DNA of 64,000 nt from a virus (lineage: Duplodnaviria > Caudoviricetes), in the IMG/VR virus record IMGVR_UViG_2657245113_000001, positions 123 to 64,122 of that record; one strand, 5' to 3'. Positions within the stretch are counted from its first letter, which is position 1, and each line of letters starts with the position of its first letter. The notes below the pieces were generated by a model. That model saw nothing but the letters and a program-made list of their open reading frames with translations, made no database searches and had not been told where the DNA came from. The position numbers and the translations under genes are program-made. Positions 49,996 to 60,189 of this stretch are shown in pieces.

Positions 49996-50493
49996 ATGCT
50001 AAGTTTAGAAGAAATGCGCAGAATGTTAAGAAAACAATGCTCTACATCAGCTGGCGAGGATGGTGAAAAATATGCCATTAAATGGCTGGAAAATTCAAAG
50101 TGGAAATTTGAATGTGTTGATCAGGGAATAGGAACCTTATCTGAAAGTTTGAAAACTTATGGGGGGAAACGTCCCGACTTTATTGTTGAAGCTAATGATG
50201 CAACAGTCATCCTTTTAGATGCAAAGTATCATTCAACAGAAGATTGCACTTCATTTACACTTACCGACTGTGAAATAGGAAAGTATCGTGCGCTCGATAA
50301 ATATTTAAAAGATCAGAATAGTGGTCATACTTTCGAAGTGGTATTTATGGTGTTTCCAAAAGAAAAAGATGGTAGAAGTTTTACATTCGTGAGTCTGGAT
50401 GAGTTTGATAAAGGAGAGTGTACAACTCTAGCATCAAAAGATGCAACAAAAGTAAGTCTTCTTAATCGAGATTACTTATGGTTTGATAATTAA
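49996..50493 (+). CDS. PD-(D/E)XK-like nuclease-fold protein
   Basis: GE..A...L, RPDFIV, LLDAKY. Confidence 0.65.
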   Translation: MLSLEEMRRMLRKQCSTSAGEDGEKYAIKWLENSKWKFECVDQGIGTLSESLKTYGGKRPDFIVEANDATVILLDAKYHSTEDCTSFTLTDCEIGKYRALDKYLKDQNSGHTFEVVFMVFPKEKDGRSFTFVSLDEFDKGECTTLASKDATKVSLLNRDYLWFDN

Positions 50494-50803
50494 TTTAAAA
50501 ATTGAAACGCGCTGTTTTTTAATTCCGGGTTTTCACTCTGCTGTTAATGTATCAACTGTTTGAATCTAAATATAATTAATCAATTTATGCAGGTTCTACC
50601 TTGGCTGATTTCTTATTGTTAGCAAGACTGCGGCTATGGATGTCCATTTTAGGTGAAGCGGAGTTGTGAAATTTTCAACATGATTATCGTGGAAATGAAC
50701 TTCGTATAGAGTATGCTATTATGAATGAGTTATTATAGAGCTGATTGGGTTAGTAATGAAGAAGGTTCTTACTGAAATGAAAATTAATAAACTTGGAGGT
50801 AAA

Positions 50804-51907
50804 ATGTTAAATCAGTACTTTTTAGACGAGAGTGGAAATACTGGGGACTTGGTTAAACTCCCACCAGATTTGAACTTTGCCAGCCAACCTTTTTTTGCAT
50901 TATCTTGTGTTGGAGTAGTTGATTGCGATGATCTTGAAGAATATATTAAATCATTAAAAAACAAACATAAGATTCAAGGAGAAGAATTAAAGTCTAAGAA
51001 TTTATATAAATCAAAACCAAAATTCATCTATGATTTATTTGATTATATTGCAATAAATAAACTACCTTTCTATGTTGAAGTTGTCGATAAAAAATATTGC
51101 ATTGCTGTCTCAATTGTCAGTCATCAGGTCTGCCCTCCATATTTTCAACAATTTGATTCAGAAATTAATGCTCAGGGATTTCGTAACGAACTCACTGAAT
51201 ACTTATCAGAAAATCTACCGCTAGATTGTTATAAATCTTTTTTTGAGGCATGCATATACAAATCCGAAGCCGCTTTGCTAGCGTCAATGAAAAAGTTGAG
51301 AAACTATTTCAAAAGTAGAGAATTCACTTTTCAGTATAAAGCTGAAGCTATGCGTTGCTTGCAATCGACCATTCGATTTTATCACTCTAACAAGTCATCA
51401 GATCATGATTTGATAAAAAATCTTATTCCTATACCTGACATTAATAAAAAAGGTAATGAAATACACTTGCTGCCTCACGTACATTCGTGGTTCAACCTAA
51501 TGGGAAAAGTAAATAGGCACCATGACGGTGACATATCAGATGTGACATTTTTTCATGATAAACAAGATCACTTTGATGATATTTTGATTTTTTGCTCTGA
51601 GCAATTAAAAAACTCAAGCGTAAAAAACCCATTCGATGTAACAACGGATTTTAATATAAAAACGAAGTTAGATATAAAATTCCCCGACTCTAAGAAATCA
51701 GCAGGGATTCAGCTCGCAGATGTACTAGCAGGGTATATTTCACGTTATGTTATGGAGTATATTTACGATGAGTCATTGAAAGTTGATTTATATCATGATA
51801 TTTTTTCTAAATTGATAGCTTGTTATGGTTCCGATAATAACTTTGGGGTTAACTTTGTTCTTCCAATCAACAGGAGGAATAAAATATTTAAAAAATTCGG
51901 TTTATAA
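50804..51907 (+). CDS. DUF3800 family protein
   Basis: YFLDESG.TG, ELK, GIQLADVLAG. Confidence 0.85.
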   Translation: MLNQYFLDESGNTGDLVKLPPDLNFASQPFFALSCVGVVDCDDLEEYIKSLKNKHKIQGEELKSKNLYKSKPKFIYDLFDYIAINKLPFYVEVVDKKYCIAVSIVSHQVCPPYFQQFDSEINAQGFRNELTEYLSENLPLDCYKSFFEACIYKSEAALLASMKKLRNYFKSREFTFQYKAEAMRCLQSTIRFYHSNKSSDHDLIKNLIPIPDINKKGNEIHLLPHVHSWFNLMGKVNRHHDGDISDVTFFHDKQDHFDDILIFCSEQLKNSSVKNPFDVTTDFNIKTKLDIKFPDSKKSAGIQLADVLAGYISRYVMEYIYDESLKVDLYHDIFSKLIACYGSDNNFGVNFVLPINRRNKIFKKFGL

Positions 51908-52164
51908 ATAGCTAGTGGGTAGTTGCATTTTGAATTATTCTATACTTTTCATTTTGATAATTTACTACGCAAGTTGTTTTTCACGCTTTTAAATAATTAT
52001 GTCCGCTACTGGCACAAAGCTGCCTATCCGATTAGGTTAAGCTCTGTATCGTGACAATGGCAGATCAAGTCTGAGCCAATACAAGTAATATATGATACAA
52101 CACTAAGAGAAATCGTAGATTATCTATCCCGGCCTCGTTAGAGGCCACATATCAATCATAATGG

Positions 52165-52479
52165 TTAGACTAACCCTTCACTTATTTTTTCTTTCAGGAT
52201 AACACCGAGCTTCTCTATGACTTGGTCTAAATCTACCTCATCAAGGTTTTCGTTATATCCATAGGTCTCAACCATATATTCAAAGTTATTGAATATATAC
52301 TTAACGATATTGTTTATCAGAAGTTTCAATAAAATATCGTTGCTTAATGAATCAGTTCTATTACCATTGTAATAGCTGCTGATTTCATCAATACTTTCCT
52401 GACATGCTATTAAGGATACTGCATAGAAGAAAAATGAATCTTTATTTCTAAAATCTTTGACAGTTAATCTATTTTTCAT
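52165..52479 (-). CDS. Small acidic hypothetical protein (paralog of next gene)
   Basis: GAGG RBS; shares FFY and NF..Y.V..YG..E.L..VD with 52614-52922. Confidence 0.7.
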   Translation of the reverse strand: MKNRLTVKDFRNKDSFFFYAVSLIACQESIDEISSYYNGNRTDSLSNDILLKLLINNIVKYIFNNFEYMVETYGYNENLDEVDLDQVIEKLGVILKEKISEGLV

Positions 52480-52613
52480 TTAACACCTCATTATATTTAG
52501 TGCAAATTGATGACGCAGTTCTATCAGCCCCTTTCGGGGCTAAATAAGCATTACTGGTTATTTTTATTAACTTACGATATACGTTAATATAGAATGAATA
52601 TTCCTATTGAAAA

Positions 52614-52922
52614 TCAGTACTCGTTTATTTCTAATGCCTCTGTGTGAGTTTCAAACAGTGCTCTTTTCACTGCTTTGAAATCAACATCTGCTAGTTTTTC
52701 ATCTGCGCCATAACGTTTGACATAGTGATTAAAGTTTTTCTCTATGAGACTTATTATTTCTGAAAAGAATGCATCCATAAATGGAATATTCATTGCTCGA
52801 TCACAAAACACACTATAACTTTCTTCTGTATCACTGACCGCCTCTACATAAATCTTCATTGATAACACATAAAAAAACTCTGTTGCTGTATTTTCAAAAG
52901 TTTTAATCTTCATATTTATCAC
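52614..52922 (-). CDS. Small acidic hypothetical protein
   Basis: ORF downstream of AlpA. Confidence 0.7.
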   Translation of the reverse strand: MINMKIKTFENTATEFFYVLSMKIYVEAVSDTEESYSVFCDRAMNIPFMDAFFSEIISLIEKNFNHYVKRYGADEKLADVDFKAVKRALFETHTEALEINEY

Positions 52923-53001
52923 CTTATTTTAGTTAAAAGAATTCCATACAGTTTTCATCTGTATTTTTATAACGATATTTTTATTTTACGATATTGAAAT
53001 A

Positions 53002-53205
53002 TCAGGCCGATTTATTTCGGGATAACTCAATCATCTGATCAATCCATTCATCTATTTCACTCTCGACAAATGCTATTGCACGCTCACCAAGCTTTATAGG
53101 TTCAGGGAAACGATCTTGACTAATAAGTTTATAGATCCAAGCTTTGCAAAGACCCGTTCTTTTCAGCACTTCAGGTAAACGGATAAATCTTTTTCTTTCT
53201 GTCAT
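53002..53205 (-). CDS. alpA: AlpA-family regulator / recombination directionality factor
   Basis: FIRLPEV..RTGL....IY..I....FP.PIKLG.RA.AF.ESEI.EWI. Confidence 0.9.
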   Translation of the reverse strand: MTERKRFIRLPEVLKRTGLCKAWIYKLISQDRFPEPIKLGERAIAFVESEIDEWIDQMIELSRNKSA

Positions 53206-53728
53206 ACATTTCTCCATTGTTGTTTTGATGGAGGTAGTATCTTCAGATCGCTTATGACGATCAACTCTCAAAAAGCACGAATTGATCAAGATGTGAGGGA
53301 TTTTTAGGCAGATTAGAGATGGGAGTAACGAAAGCCAGTTGCCGTAGGCTTTGAAGCATTTTTGCAAAAAGTGCTATTTTTTCACTCTATTTGAAGTTAT
53401 TTAATATTTTGTTATTTATCATGCAGTTAATTTATTTGAGTTTAAATTCTGAACTATCATCTGTTATTCATCTTGCTTCAGGCTAAAAAATGTTTGGGTA
53501 GGTGTAAGATTTACCACTGAGCGTTAAATATGCTATTTCTGACCCTAATAGATTTTGATGCTTGTCGTGAGTTCAACTCCTCAGCATTAGCGTTATCGAT
53601 GATTTTAACGCTGAAAGACTACACAACTTTACTCATGTTGTTTCTTTGGTCCCTTCATTGAACCCTCAATTAAATATAAATACAAAATAATTATAAAAAT
53701 CAATTTATTATACGCTTAATTACAGGGA

Positions 53729-53741
53729 CCCCAGCCCACCA
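53729..53741 (+). other. Degenerate ssrA 3' end (island 1 attR / island 2 attL)
   Basis: CCCCAGCCCACCA followed by the same AGCCCGCA...TGCGGGCTTTTTT hairpin seen after 34735. Confidence 0.7.
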
Positions 53742-53934
53742 AATGTTAAACCGGTTATTACCAGATAAGTCCGGTGAAGTACGAAGAGCCCGCATCCCAC
53801 CTAGGTTTGCGGGCTTTTTTGTGTCTGTAGTAGTCCAAGGATATCCGCCTGAAGCCAGAGACAATTGGTATACAAATTGGTATACGCTAAGATAGATACC
53901 AATGGACGTATACCAATTAAGGGAAGAACCATAC

Positions 53935-55125
53935 ATGGCAAGGACAACACGCCCCCTCACCCACACCGAAGTACAAAAAGCAAAAGCCACCGACAAAGAT
54001 CTAACTCTCCATGATGGAGATGGCTTATTTTTGTTAGTCAAAACTACCGGCAAGAAAATCTGGCGTTTCCGCTATCAACTTCCCAACAGTAGTAAACGCA
54101 CTATGGTAAGCCTCGGCGCGTACCCTGCACTCTCTTTAGCTGATGCCAGAGAGGTACGAACAGAGAAACTGGCAATGTTAGTGCGAGGGGTTGATCCGCA
54201 AGCAAGAGCTGATGAGGAAGCCGAAAAACTCCAGATAGCTGAAGAGAGTATTTTCGTAAACGTCGCTCGCAAATGGTTCGAGTTGAAAGAAAGCCACGTT
54301 AGTGCCGCCCATGCGAAAGATATTTGGCGTTCTATCGAAAAAGACATCTTACCCAGCATAGAGAATGTCCCCGTTCAAGAACTCAAAGCTCGCGCCCTGA
54401 TTCAGGTATTAGAACCCATCAAAGCACGCGGAGCATTAGAGACGGTCAGGCGGTTGGTACAACGTATTAACGAGATAATGATCTATGCAGTCAATGTAGG
54501 TTTGATTGATGCCAATCCTGCATCGGGTATTGGCAATGCTTTTGAAAGGCCTAAAAAGCAGCATATGCCCACCATACGCCCCGAAGAATTGCCTAAACTT
54601 ATGCGCACCATAGCCATGAGTAATCTCTCGATACCAACCCGCTGCTTGCTTGAATGGCAATTATTGACACTGATACGTCCTGCGGAGGCGTCAGCAACAG
54701 CCTGGTCAGAGATCGATATTGAGAATAAGCAGTGGTGTATACCGGCAGAACGGATGAAAGCAAAGCGAGATCATATCGTTCCTTTGTCAGAACAAGCTTT
54801 AGAGCTGCTGGAAATCATGCGTCCAATCAGTGGCAATCGTCAGTATGTATTCCCTAGCCGTAATGACCCGCGTAAGCCAATGAATAGCCAGACAGCCAAT
54901 GCCGCATTGAAACGTATTGGTTATGGAGGGAAGCTCGTTGCTCACGGTTTACGTTCTATCGCCAGTACAGCCATGAATGAGGCTGGGTTTAATGCTGATG
55001 TGATTGAGGCTGCGCTAGCGCATAGTGATAAAAATGAAGTTAGACGCGCGTATAATCGTTCAACATATATTGAACATCGAAAAGAATTGATGATTTGGTG
55101 GGGAAAAAAGATTGCAGCTAAATAG
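53935..55125 (+). CDS. int: P4/IntA-type integrase
   Basis: LHDGDGL, RPAEA, HGLRS, LAH, AYNRS; GGTATAC arm-type repeats upstream. Confidence 0.95.
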   Translation: MARTTRPLTHTEVQKAKATDKDLTLHDGDGLFLLVKTTGKKIWRFRYQLPNSSKRTMVSLGAYPALSLADAREVRTEKLAMLVRGVDPQARADEEAEKLQIAEESIFVNVARKWFELKESHVSAAHAKDIWRSIEKDILPSIENVPVQELKARALIQVLEPIKARGALETVRRLVQRINEIMIYAVNVGLIDANPASGIGNAFERPKKQHMPTIRPEELPKLMRTIAMSNLSIPTRCLLEWQLLTLIRPAEASATAWSEIDIENKQWCIPAERMKAKRDHIVPLSEQALELLEIMRPISGNRQYVFPSRNDPRKPMNSQTANAALKRIGYGGKLVAHGLRSIASTAMNEAGFNADVIEAALAHSDKNEVRRAYNRSTYIEHRKELMIWWGKKIAAK

Positions 55126-55628
55126 GCTAATTTTTACTTATATTTTTTGGGGAGCTTGAATATGGATTTTATAGATGTGTTCGATTTTGCTGTAAATCTT
55201 TGGACACAAGATGGTGTGGAAAAGTGGCCCCCTACGGTGACTTGATTTTCATACTAATGGTGTGAAGGCCGGACTCGCAAAATAAACACAACTATTTGTA
55301 ATATAGGTTTATTTTCAAACTTTAAAATGTGTTAGCCCCTATTTTGCCCCCTTAAGGGTTTTGTGCCTTTTGAGCATTGAGACTTTTGAGGCCTACGAAA
55401 GTAGCTGTCTGTGTATTATATTTTACCTAGCTCGTTACCATCCTATGGCTCAATTAGCACCACACCAAGTTGATCAGCCTCTTCAATTCACAGCCTAAAT
55501 ACATAATTTTACCCAGTGATATTGAGTTAAATAACGCTGTTTTCACTATCCGCTTGAAGTGATATCAATATATGATATCATCTCCAGTGCTTTGGCGAGC
55601 AAGGACCACATCAATTAAGGACAATAAT

Positions 55629-55892
55629 GTGATTAAATTAAATGCTAAGCATTACAAAACGCTACGAACTATTTTTGCTACGCCGACATCAACAAACTTG
55701 GAATGGCGCAAAATTGAGTCTCTATTGATAGCGTTGGGTGCAGTAGCTACAGAAGGGAGTGGTTCACGGGTTCGCTTTGAAATTAATAAGATAATGGCTT
55801 CATTTCATCGGCCACATCCCGACAAGGAAGCGAAAGCCTACCAAGTGCGCGATGCCAGAACATTTCTTGAAGCTGTAGGAGTGGTACCATGA
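55629..55892 (+). CDS. hicA: HicA toxin
   Basis: GSGSRVRF, FHRPHP, YQV. Confidence 0.9.
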   Translation: MIKLNAKHYKTLRTIFATPTSTNLEWRKIESLLIALGAVATEGSGSRVRFEINKIMASFHRPHPDKEAKAYQVRDARTFLEAVGVVP

Positions 55893-56221
55893 ATACAATG
55901 ACATACAAAAATTATGCCGCAAAAATTGAGTACAGCGATGAAGATCAATGTTTGATTGGTCATATTGCCGGTATTCGCGACGTGATCGGTTTCCATGCAG
56001 ATAACGTCGCTGATTTGCGTATCGCCTTTGAAGAGGCTGTAGATGACTATCTGAGCTATTGCGCCGAACAAGGCCGTGAACCACAGCGCCCAGCCAGTGG
56101 CAAAATTAGCTTACGCATCCCGCCAGAGATTCACTCAGCAATCAATATTGCTGCGGAAGTTTCAGGGAAAAGCACCAATCAGTGGATCAGCGAGACACTT
56201 GCGAAAGCAGCACACGGATAA
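55889..56221 (+). CDS. hicB: HicB antitoxin
   Basis: MTYK.Y, F.EAVDDYL, SGK..LRI.PE.H, S.NQW. Confidence 0.92.
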   Translation: MNTMTYKNYAAKIEYSDEDQCLIGHIAGIRDVIGFHADNVADLRIAFEEAVDDYLSYCAEQGREPQRPASGKISLRIPPEIHSAINIAAEVSGKSTNQWISETLAKAAHG

Positions 56222-56261
56222 TTATAGTCCCTTACTGTAATGAACTATAGCAGTGAGGGAA

Positions 56262-56951
56262 CTAATTTTTACCTTTAGATGATTGTTTTCTAAGTTCATC
56301 CATCAAGATAGCTAGATTCACATATCTAATCAATTTAGTGAATTTACGGAAAGATATTATTTCTTTACATGCAATATAAATTGCCAAGAAAGAAAATAAC
56401 CAAGAAAATGACTTTATCACTTTAAATAAAGTTAAAACTCTTGATTCAGTAAGATAGTTGATAAATATATTGCAAAGAGAGGATATTTGCAATGGAAGAA
56501 GCACGCCCAATGCTACAGAAAAAATAACGAACAAGAAAAAGCCAAAAAACGCTCGCCACCTAACTAAGTCAGTACAGCCTTTTTTATTTACTCTGATAAG
56601 CCCGCTATGTTCTCTTGCTAATTTTAGCGTATCATTTATATTAGGATTTTTTAGTGTGATATATTTTAATAATGCATAACAAAAGTGGGCCTCATTACGG
56701 TGTATTAAAAAATTAGAAATAAATCTAAGTTCTAAATTTTCTAGGATAGTATTATTGCTAAAATAAAGTGTATTGAATCTTGATATTGCATGTGCCTTCT
56801 TGTCCCAAGAGATATCTTCATAATTGTATCGGCTAATATCCTTTCCTTTCGAGACAAATAAACTGTACATACTTTTTGCCAGCAAAGAAATAGCACCTGT
56901 AATAAGAAATAAAATTATATCATGCGAATACGAATTAACACTTTCTAGCAT
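56262..56951 (-). CDS. AT-rich hypothetical membrane protein (3 TM)
   Basis: 229 aa ORF; one N-terminal and two C-terminal hydrophobic segments. Confidence 0.65.
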   Translation of the reverse strand: MLESVNSYSHDIILFLITGAISLLAKSMYSLFVSKGKDISRYNYEDISWDKKAHAISRFNTLYFSNNTILENLELRFISNFLIHRNEAHFCYALLKYITLKNPNINDTLKLAREHSGLIRVNKKGCTDLVRWRAFFGFFLFVIFSVALGVLLPLQISSLCNIFINYLTESRVLTLFKVIKSFSWLFSFLAIYIACKEIISFRKFTKLIRYVNLAILMDELRKQSSKGKN

Positions 56952-57207
56952 AATAGCAACCCTACTAAGTTCATCGTTAAACCTATTTACATTTAACTAT
57001 AATATATAAACATGCCGTTTCACATAAGAACTGACTTAATGTTTTTTTCTAAAATTTACAGTATGTTGTTGTAGCAACCACCATATATTCTCAAGCAGAT
57101 GACCGATACATAGTAAACCACCGCCATACTTGCGCCTTCATCAATTGACGAAAGTTCGTCTGATGATAAGAACTTTCTCCATAAAATTTAATCAGTTCAT
57201 GTTTGGT

Positions 57208-58410
57208 TTATTTTTTAATATAGTGTTTATCGAATTCCTCAACAATTCTTGAACTATAAAAAGTTTTATAAATACTTTTCACGTTATTAGGGTCAAGTTT
57301 TCTTTCTTTACAGAATTTTTCCCCCTGTGTTTTCAAGCTTCGCATTATATTATTAAATTCTGAGTTACGTTTGAAATCAGTATAACGATTTTTAAGTAGC
57401 TCACATAGATCCATATATGTATAAGGATGGTTCTTTAAAGCATCCTCTTCCACTATATGCAGCTCTGGGGCATCAGGATCATCAGTTACTCGGAACTGTA
57501 CAGCTTCATCACTAGATGTTTTCACTAGTTTGGTCTCTAACCTTAGGGATATACTAAAGTTAGAATCATCGTCGTCGTCATGTTCATGCTCTACATCGTT
57601 TAAAAATTTAAATACATTAGCTCTGGAGTTGTCATCAATACTGAAACTACACATATCGGTAAGGTGATAGAAAGACACCGGCATTAAATAAAAATTGAAT
57701 CTATTGAAGTTATATTCAAACCATTGCATCGCCAACGTCATGAAATTTTTCAATGAGGCAGTACCTATAGCCTGAATCTTAAGGCATAGCTGATTGTCAT
57801 CACTAATAAAATGAACACACTCATCTCTAATTACTATTAACAATCTAATATTGTCAGCAACTATTTTATTTAACCCACCTATTGATTCTAACAAAGAAAT
57901 AGCTCTACTTACGGATATTGTTTTAGGATTACCTGATTGTGACAATACAACATCACCTTTATTCTTTTGATAAATTGCATCTTGATTATCATCATTTAAT
58001 TGTACCAAACGCGCTTTCAAAAGGAGTTCCCAAGCATTAATCATTAAGATTGAAAAACTTTCCTCCCTAAATTTGAAGTCAGGTTTATTATAAATTTCAA
58101 TAGCAGTGACACTTGCCGCAACAGCTTTCTCTAATAGACTATGGTAAAAATGAGTTTTTACTGCTTCAGTTTGACTGTGATGTTGTCTAAAGCTACCTAT
58201 ATTGAAATAGTCAAACTGAGGTGCTACGAATATTCCTTTTTCTGTTTTCTTTAGAAAACTGCTCCATTTCTTACTAAAATATGTTTTTACTGTTGCTTTT
58301 CCCCATCCTGTCGCATCTTGAACATCTTCTAATTCGAAAAGAATGCCATCACGCTTCATTTTCAAAAAGAAAGAGAAAGCTAAGTCTATTTTATCAACCT
58401 TACCATTCAA
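57208..58410 (-). CDS. DUF3644 domain protein
   Basis: AIEIYNKP...R.E.F.IL..NAWELLLKA; R....H. Confidence 0.85.
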   Translation of the reverse strand: MNGKVDKIDLAFSFFLKMKRDGILFELEDVQDATGWGKATVKTYFSKKWSSFLKKTEKGIFVAPQFDYFNIGSFRQHHSQTEAVKTHFYHSLLEKAVAASVTAIEIYNKPDFKFREESFSILMINAWELLLKARLVQLNDDNQDAIYQKNKGDVVLSQSGNPKTISVSRAISLLESIGGLNKIVADNIRLLIVIRDECVHFISDDNQLCLKIQAIGTASLKNFMTLAMQWFEYNFNRFNFYLMPVSFYHLTDMCSFSIDDNSRANVFKFLNDVEHEHDDDDDSNFSISLRLETKLVKTSSDEAVQFRVTDDPDAPELHIVEEDALKNHPYTYMDLCELLKNRYTDFKRNSEFNNIMRSLKTQGEKFCKERKLDPNNVKSIYKTFYSSRIVEEFDKHYIKK

Positions 58411-58604
58411 AATATCATCCTTTATATTTGAATAAATTTAACTAAAGGCTACCACATCAATTTCACGAAAAACCTTATATAGATCAAAAATACAAGGCTA
58501 AATCTTGCGAGTTTTTCATGTAGATCGTTGTGTGGACAGGACATTGAATAAAAAAAGCCTTTTATTTCATTATAATGACGATCAGCACTATCCTGTCGTC
58601 TGAA

Positions 58605-59324
58605 TCAGCCATGAGCCCCTCCCTCTGCTTCAGCCTGTGCTGCTAGCAAAACTTGCTTTGGCATAGTTGCCAGCACATCTTTTGGTTTTTTCCCACCTAA
58701 CCAACTGTTTTCAGAGCCAAACCATATAGCTAACCCCCAAGGTGTTTTCTTTTCACCTAACAGGGATATCACTTGCTTAACCACTGGGATAGGGCGGAAC
58801 CCTTCATCTAATGCGTATTCAGGGTATTTGTCTTTTCCATTAAGCTGAAGTGCAAAAATCCGGCCAGCAGACTTCCAGCGGTTCGGCCCTGCACTGGGGT
58901 TAGTATTTTTAAAATTTGCCTTTTCTGATAATTCACGCGCGGTCAGCCATACGGAATCTGCAAGTATCCTGGCATTAAGCTGTTCACGGCGCTGAGCGTT
59001 ACGCGCTGCACGAGCCTGCTTATCTGCCCCATCAACAGCCTCGTTAACCGACTTAACAGCCGATGGGAGGCTTGCCGCTTTACTCTTTTTCGCTACCGGA
59101 GCAAGTTCAGGCATAGAGGCCAGCACTGCGTTCATTGCCGCACTCATCGCCACCTCTATTGTTTTATTAAAGTCTGAATGACGGCCTTTCACATTCCCCA
59201 AATCAATGACCAAATACTCAGAATCAGCATGCGTATTGAAGTTATGCAGCTCGTTCCCACTCAGGGTCTTAATTTCATAAGGAAATTCTTTACGCCGCAC
59301 GGTGTTCACTCTACTCGGCATCAC
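58605..59324 (-). CDS. Xre/MbcA/ParS-like antitoxin-type protein (partner missing)
   Basis: NRWK..G.IF, YP.Y, W.LA.WF...N.WLGG..P.D.L. Confidence 0.7.
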   Translation of the reverse strand: MMPSRVNTVRRKEFPYEIKTLSGNELHNFNTHADSEYLVIDLGNVKGRHSDFNKTIEVAMSAAMNAVLASMPELAPVAKKSKAASLPSAVKSVNEAVDGADKQARAARNAQRREQLNARILADSVWLTARELSEKANFKNTNPSAGPNRWKSAGRIFALQLNGKDKYPEYALDEGFRPIPVVKQVISLLGEKKTPWGLAIWFGSENSWLGGKKPKDVLATMPKQVLLAAQAEAEGGAHG

Positions 59325-60163
59325 TCACCTCGTCGTGCAAATGGAGATATCGGTTATATCCATTATATACTGCGTGAGTGATTTGTCACCAGACTTGATT
59401 GGAATGTAGGTTCTTGGTTATAGATAGGTAGCTTATTTCACACAAGAAACACTATTCCTATTCCCCACAACTCTCTTGGCGTTCTGCGGCTCTCCCCTGG
59501 AAATTCCCTATTTATCAGGATTCTTGGCTAATGTTGTAGATGTCATCGAAATATAAAGTCCCTTTCTCGAATATCTTGTCATTTCTTTGCGCCATATCGT
59601 TTGTGATCGCATCACTTACAGGTATTATTTTGCAATACACATTCTAAAAATTGATTCTGCGACAGTGCATGCTGCATTGTCTGGCCAAAATAGTTCTACT
59701 TTGGGGCTCTCAAGATACATTTTGCAACCAAAGCAATATAGCGCCCCGCCCCTCTTCATTACCTTTCCTTATTACAGCTTCCAATAACTTGCAGCTATCT
59801 CATTCTTGCCGTAATTTCCCCCATGTAAACTCGCTGTCGATGACAGTCGCCAATGTTTCCAGTATCAGGATGATACCAATGACCTGAGAGAAACGCCTTC
59901 GGGTGGTCATAAAGCCAAAGTCATATGGAATGGAGTATGGTCTGAGACTGACGCTTTCGAGCGACCACAACATGCTGCCTAAGCTTTAGAAAAACGTTAT
60001 ACCGTCACATCCGTCAACCCTTGAGAATGGGTGTCACCCATGTTGGTGATTAGGGCTTACTTCTACTAACGAAATGGCTAACAAAGAGCATTTCCTGACC
60101 AAGCGGTATTGCCTGTCGAGGATACTGTCATGTGTTATCAACCAAGCGAATAACTCGCCTCAG

Positions 60164-60189
60164 TAGAGCAACGGCCTTCTAAGCCGTAG
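60164..60189 (+). pseudogene. tRNA-Arg(UCU) fragment (anticodon arm)
   Basis: TAGAGCA-ACGGC-CTTCTAA-GCCGT-AG; no T arm or acceptor stem. Confidence 0.6.

Larger units (their letters stand above)
49785..52082. mobile_element. Non-autonomous cassette with 80-bp imperfect terminal inverted repeats and 9-bp flanking duplication
   Basis: 49785-49864 vs reverse complement of 52003-52082 align without gaps (55/80, 21/25 at the ends); AAGTAATAT on both flanks. Confidence 0.8.
34736..53741. mobile_element. ssrA-integrated integrative mobilizable island (about 19 kb)
   Basis: Integrase next to ssrA fragment; relaxase, rep, AlpA; degenerate ssrA end CCCCAGCCCACCA at 53729-53741. Confidence 0.85.

Noticed and set aside
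59480-59920. Degraded gene on the minus strand
   Set aside because: Several stops and no recognisable family motif; cannot be supported.
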